From assembly GCA_040285825.1 (NCBI GenBank), contig JAUPSS010000002.1:1-64000 (forward strand): a stretch of DNA of 64,000 nt, written 5' to 3'. This DNA comes from Eukaryota sp. TZLM1-RC (Eukaryota; Protista; Metamonada: BaSk clade). The translations under genes and the position numbers were made by a program. Each line of letters opens with the position of its first letter. Position 1 is the first letter of the stretch. The notes beneath the pieces are model-generated. The model did no database searches and was not told the DNA's origin. It saw only the letters and a program-made list of their open reading frames with translations. Shown piece by piece: positions 58,178 through 64,000 of the stretch.

Positions 58178-58303
58178 GAAAAGGGAGGTCCAATGGTGTT
58201 AAAAAGAATATCAAAGCATTCGATTCACCATCTACAAAAATTCTGTCCTTCCTCTCCCTGCTCTCACATCATCAACTATTTTCTTGAAGTTCTTACATGC
58301 CAT
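58178..58303 (-). pseudogene. Short Fanzor C-terminal relic upstream of the TCTE1-like ATG
   Basis: MACKNFKKIVDDVRAGRGRTEFL* (58232-58303) fits the A-x-x-N(F/I)...G-x-GRP-x-x-L end motif; 54 nt separate it from the ATG. Confidence 0.55.
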
Positions 58304-59099
58304 GCAATTCATGTTGCAAAAATTTGTGATAAAGATTACTAAATTTATAATACTTGTTCACGAAAACTTGGTTGTTGTACTGGAAGAAATGTGGCCAAAA
58401 AAATATTTGTTCTTCTGTCGATAAAATTCGAATAACAGGTGGGATGTTTATTTTTTGTTTTTCAGTAATTCTATTTTCTTCAATTGTGCTGGTGATAATA
58501 GCATATAAATTTTGAATATTAATCCCAAAAAGTAAAAAATATTTTTTCACAAGTAGAATATTTTTGGACTATTTAAGAAATTCAGGTTGGTTTTTGAATT
58601 TCTTCAAATTGGTTCTTCACTTTGAATGAATTGTTCAACATGACCCACGTATTAATTTGAAATAATTTCTGTAACAATTAATTTTCGTTTACTTGGTCTT
58701 GTTTATCATACAATGTGCAATTAATCAATTAATATTAATTAATTGGAGATCCAGTTGCAAGGTTAAGAGAAGTGGAAATGTCTCATTTTCCAAATTAAAA
58801 TAAGATACAGATTCCAATTCTTCCCTCTTGGATGTGTTCTGAAACTTTTACCAGAATATCGGCTGAAACAGTGGCTGTTCATCAACATTTCTGAAAAATC
58901 AATTCTTCTATGAACAAGGAAAAATGCTTAATTTTTTGACGGTATATTCTACAAAATTGTTCAAATTTGATCCTTTCCTCCCACATGGCTTATAAGTTTG
59001 ATCGTGGTGAACATTGTTGCAAAAATTTCTCATTTGTTAGCCTGGTATAATTCAATATGATGGATTTCATAATTTAGTTTATATTAGTTTATGTTAGTG

Positions 59100-62000
59100 T
59101 TATGGATCAAAATTTTTACGGCACATACTGGGAAAATTATCCATTGATGCCATCAGAAGTTTTTTCGGTTATCAAAAAGAGACCTCGTGGTAAGTCTGCC
59201 GGACTTTCTGGTATTACTATTGATCATGTAAAAGCCGCGATTATTTCTTCAGAAGATTGCCTTGTAAATGTGTCTTGTAAATGTGGTAAACCTCTTTTGT
59301 TTACTCATCTTTTGAACTGTAAACATTTCATTACGTTTAGAAGCAAAGTGCATAATAACGTCAGGGACCAAATTTATGTAATGTGCAAATCATATCGTGT
59401 AGATTCCTTTTTAGAACCGCTGTTATCAAAATTAATTCTTGATGATCCCAATATTGATAGTACGCGTTACAACAGAGCTTCTATGGGTCTGACTAGAGGT
59501 GATCTAGTTGTTCCTGGTTTAAATGGTAGTTTTACTATTTTGGACGCCATGTCTATTGACCCTTGTAATTCCTCTAACGAACATTTCATCAACTCGGATG
59601 TAAATAATCCTCTTCTTGCAGGCGAAAAATATAAAATTGCTAAATATGCGAAACCCATTTCCTCGGTTAATGAAAATTCTCATGCCCAATATAATTTATG
59701 TCCATTTGTTTTTTCTTTGCTTGGATCTCTAGGTAAGGCTGCTATGGCTTTCCTTGAGGATTTTGTTGTAGTTGTAAAGGAAAGAACTGGAAGAATTTTC
59801 AATCGTGTTTACTGGCAAAACAGGATTGTATTTTCTATTTTTAAGGGAATGGTATAACTAATATCTTATTCAATATCTTCTTTTGGGAAATTTTCTGAAT
59901 CTTTGGCGATTAATTGTTTTGATGTAGGGGAGGCAGGTTTTGAGGATGTGGAGTTTTAATTGTGTATTTCATATTTGTTGTTGAATAAAAATAAATAATA
60001 AAAAAAAAGTGTTAAAAAAAAAGATTGCCTTGGTTTATTGACCAAATTTTTCAACCAAATATTATCTGGTCAACGCAAGTACCCAGAAGAATTAAGAAGT
60101 TCTCGTTTGACTGCACTTGTCAAAAATTCAAAAATGGATGTTCGTCCTATTGCAGTCTCTGAGAGCTTACATAATATTTTTTCTGCATGTTGCTTAAGCA
60201 GGTTCAATGAAAAAACTAAAAAGATTTTATTACCCTTTCAATATGGTATAAATACTACAGATGGAGTCTCTTCAGCGATTTTTGCTACTGATGTCTTATT
60301 TCGTCAAAATGAATCCAATGTTTGCATGTCATTGGATTTTAGTAATGCTTTCAATTCGCTAAGTCGTCTCAGTATCCATGGTGCTCTATTGCAATATATG
60401 CCAGAATTAATACCATATTTTCAATCAACATATTGCACATATTCTAATTTACATTTTGGTAACAACATTTTGATTTCATCAAGTGGCGTAAAGCAAGGAG
60501 ATCCGTTAGGACCTCTTTTGTTTTGTTTGGCCATTCATCCTATTCTACTGCAAATTCAAGAGATGTTTCCTTCACTAAAAATGATTGCATATATGGATGA
60601 TGTTGTGCTTATTGGTGAATTAAATATTGTGAAAAAGCAACTGTATGTTTTAAAGAATTATTTACCAAAATTGGTCTCCGACTTAATTTACTTAAATGTG
60701 TTTTGTTATCGAATTCTCCAGTTTCCACAATAATTGATGATATTGAAATTCAAGCCAAATTATATTCAATTGATGCTATTCGTCATTTGGGTTCGTTTTT
60801 AGGAAATAATGATGAAATTACCAAAAAATTGTTTGAAAAGTTGAACTCAATTTCTGACAAAATTGACCGAATGATGAATTTAGATATAAAAACACATCAA
60901 ATTTACCATTATAAGACTGTGTTTTAGTTCCAATTTTAATCATATATTTCGATCTACAAATCCTCTCGTCACTAGACCTTTGGCTCAAAAAGTTTAATGA
61001 GTTACGTGCAAAAGTTCTGTCTCAATTACTGGGATGTAAAATGTTTCAAATTCCAGATCATGCTTACCTTAGTCCACAATATGGTGGTTTAGGGTGGACG
61101 AAGGCTTCTATTCTTACCTCGTGTGCTTTTGTTGGTGGATGCAGAAATGCAATCTTTGAGTTCTCCGAAAGATTTGCAGATTGGGAAGATTTATTGATGA
61201 CAACGCAAAGTTCCACTGTTTTTGCATTAAATGAAGAAATTTCAAGAATTGATGTAGAAAAATGGGGTCGATGTTTTCCCCAATCATTCAATGGCAATAT
61301 TCCAGAAAAAAATGTTTTAAATTTGAAGTACACTCTTCGAACATTACAGAAAAGATTGACTGGAATGTATGAAAAAGATCTTTATAATAATATTTGCAGC
61401 TCGGCTGTTTTAAATCAAGATCTTCACTCATTGTTATTGGAAAAGGGTGTTTGTGAAAACAAGGTGTCAGATTCTTCACTTTTTGTAACCATTGTACCAC
61501 GAAGATTTGGATTGTGTGCTACTAATGAAGCATTTGTAACAAAAATGAGATTATATTTGAACATCCCCATTAACCAATTATTATCAAAAGAAAAATGTAT
61601 TTGTTCGAATTCACCTCAACTCACTTTGCGCCATGCTCTAAATTGCTCTAAATTGATAACTTATCGTTCTTCATTACATGATGCTGTTAGAGACACTGTT
61701 TTCAATATGGCACAAACTGCAAGGATATCGTGTATCAAAGAGCCCCTGCTGAAAGAAACACTTTCTTTGAATAATTTTGGTTCTGATGATAGAGGTGATG
61801 TATACTGTGATTGGATTGATAATTCTGAAGCTATTGTTGACTTTGTCTCATGTAATGTTGCAAACGATACTTTGGTTCACAGAAGAAAACTTAATCCTGT
61901 GGCTGCTCTGGATTTTAAAGCAAAAGAAAAACATAGAAAATATGATAAAGAAATTGAAGATGCAAATATCGATAGAAATACACAGCTGGTTTTTATTGCT

Positions 62001-62290
62001 TTTCCATTTTCGATAAATGGAAGATTATCAGTTGAAGCAGAAACTTTTTTTGGATGACTTCCAAAAAAATGGTGAAAGAAAAAACAATGAAAAGATTTGA
62101 TATTTTTTTATGGCGTTCACGGATTCAATTTGCCATTATTAATAGATTACCGCGGTTTTTCAATCGAATTAGAGAAGCTTTAGCTAGACAGCAAGCAAAT
62201 CAAGATTTTGTAGAGGAAATCTTGGTTTAATGATAGTCGTCCCATTAGTTATGATTTAATTTAATCAAGTGTGCAAATTCAATAAATTAA
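59100..62290 (+). mobile_element. CRE-like element (family B) with a nested family D insertion
   Basis: The N-terminal part of ORF 59102 (KKRPRGKSAGLSG) continues at ORFs 60038-60733 (YMDD), 60703-60927 and 61041-62057. Frameshifts fall at homopolymers. Confidence 0.92.
59265..60020 (+). mobile_element. 5'-truncated CRE-like family D element nested in family B
   Basis: 12-bp TSD AAGATTGCCTTG at 59253-59264 and 60021-60032. A-rich tail. Confidence 0.92.
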
Positions 62291-62537
62291 TTTTTTATAT
62301 TAGTTTGGTTTTAGTTAAATACGTTTATTGTATATTGAATTGTGTTCATATGCTGAAGCCAAGGGACATCAATTTGCGTTCATAATAAATTACATTTCAG
62401 TTATGTGTAAACCCATTTGTAGATTATCAAATGGTTCTGAATACGCTACGGAGACTGGCAAGACTAAAACCTGCCTCAGTTCAACAACGTTTTTGTTAGC
62501 CAGGCTAAACTCCTCCTTCCAGTTTCGGAAAGTATGA

Positions 62538-64000
62538 TGTAACGTAGCACGTCATCATTAGTATAAATTCGTTTTTGCTTTTATTTATTTTGATTTTCTA
62601 TCTCTGTTCCATGAACATCCGTTTTATTTTAGTTAATGGAAATCCAACGTGCACTGAAGCCAACAGTAATTAATGTGGACTCAAGAGAATCCACTTCTGT
62701 CGCCAGGTACCCTCAAGCCGCTCCCTACTTACACCATACTGGTCGAGAAGCCATTTCCCAATACGTGGAAGCGCTTAAGGTGTACGTATTACGTATGTCA
62801 ACTAATCATGTCTCGTCGGACATGACAAGAAGATATCCGTCCGCCAATCACTCTCAGTCTCCCTCCTGTTCGAAAGCGACCGAGCCCTCCTCCTGCAATT
62901 CCGACCGAGAAGCCATCAAGGCTCTCACTCAAGAAGTCGCTGCGCTGAAATCTAAACTTTTTCTCGCCGAGAATTCCGAACTGAGCACTAAAGAGCCCTC
63001 CGAATCCACTTCTGCCTCCATTGAAACGAAAAAGCCATGCTCGACCTTTAACCCTCGAGATTATAAGCTTCCCTCTGAACTAGCTTACGAAGATAGCCAA
63101 GACCAATCCCCCGACTCCACTGACTCCACCAACGTCGCTACTTTCGAAAAGTGCCGTCTTGTTTCTGAAAACAACCTCCATCATGCCATGCTTCCGTATG
63201 TATTGTGTACTATTGCCCCTGTGGTGCTAGAAACCTTTGAGATCTTCGAAGAAATCGACCCTAACGACCCCGAAGCAGTCCTTTCCCTCCTGTTATCCTT
63301 TTGCCGTTTCGAAGACTCTACTGAAGCTTACCATAAGCTCCAATCTCTGAAACTCAATTTGTCTGCTCCAACCGCCGAAGAAGCTACCACCTCCTATATC
63401 TCTGCCTTCCTCAAAAAGCTCCGACTCTGTCCCTCTGAATTACCTGAAGCTGCCCGCATGAAGTTCTTTGTGAATGGAATACGCCCAAGAGACTCCGCTT
63501 CATTATCCGAACTGACGTAGAAACTGGCTCTATCGCAAGCTCCCTTCCTATCACCTTCCATACTCTGCCTACTACACTCTTCATGGCTCAACCCCCCCTC
63601 CTCCTAGATCTCAACCCCCTCGCCCTAACTTTCGAACTCCTCAGGCTCACCGCTCTGCTAACAAGTCCTATTCTGTCCGTTTCACCCCTAAGCCCTTGCC
63701 TTCCCATTAAAGTCCTCGTTCTGAACAAAAGTATCTCTCCTCAGAAGTCTCCCTCTCCCGTAACATGTTTCTATTGCAAGGAGCCCGAACACATAAGAAA
63801 AGACTGCCCTAAGCCTGGATGCAAGGTTAGCAAGCCTCGAAGGTACGGAAATAACCCTACTATTCAGAAACATCACAACCTGCGCCGTAATGTCAACCAA
63901 GTGAATCACGATGAGTCCAATGAGCCCCAAGTTAACTCTGTTATAGATTTTTATCCATTCCATGCTATCCGAAGATTTTTACGTTGAAAGCATCTTCCCT
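62538..64000 (+). mobile_element. Ty3/Gypsy family 2, 5' part (runs off the right edge)
   Basis: Putative 80-bp LTR TGTAAC...GAACA (62538-62617). gag ORFs 62636-63520 and 63583-63987 (CFYCKEPEHIRKDC) are homologous to 10097-11469. Confidence 0.8.

Overview
AT-rich, intron-poor, gene-dense eukaryotic DNA from a flagellated organism (BBS1, RSP3, DRC5/TCTE1-like genes; standard genetic code; protist-like by inference). It holds about 13 host genes: a partial unknown gene at the left edge, a permuted NlpC/P60 enzyme, SmD2, kinesin-14, RPAP3, BBS1, Rrp46, STRIP/Far11, a PC-domain-only APC1, RSP3, eIF2B-epsilon, a small unknown gene and a TCTE1-like gene. These sit among many mobile elements: two copies of a chromodomain Ty3/Gypsy element with 79-bp LTRs, two copies of a second Gypsy family, more than a dozen fragments of CRE-like (RT + restriction-like endonuclease) non-LTR elements with 7-14 bp TSDs, a hAT-like non-autonomous element and MULE/Ulp1 relics. 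Main finding: the DNA directly 5' of most host start codons is not ordinary promoter sequence. At five genes it is the decayed 3' end of a Fanzor (eukaryotic TnpB) gene in the same orientation as the host gene. At several more it is a shared right-end module ending exactly at the ATG. This suggests a Fanzor-carrying transposon that targets start codons, whose right end now serves as promoter/5'UTR and whose omega-RNA guide would be the host coding sequence. SmD2 also needs a short intron whose best-fitting boundaries are non-canonical (GT...TG). All calls come from reading motifs by eye; no database searches were run.
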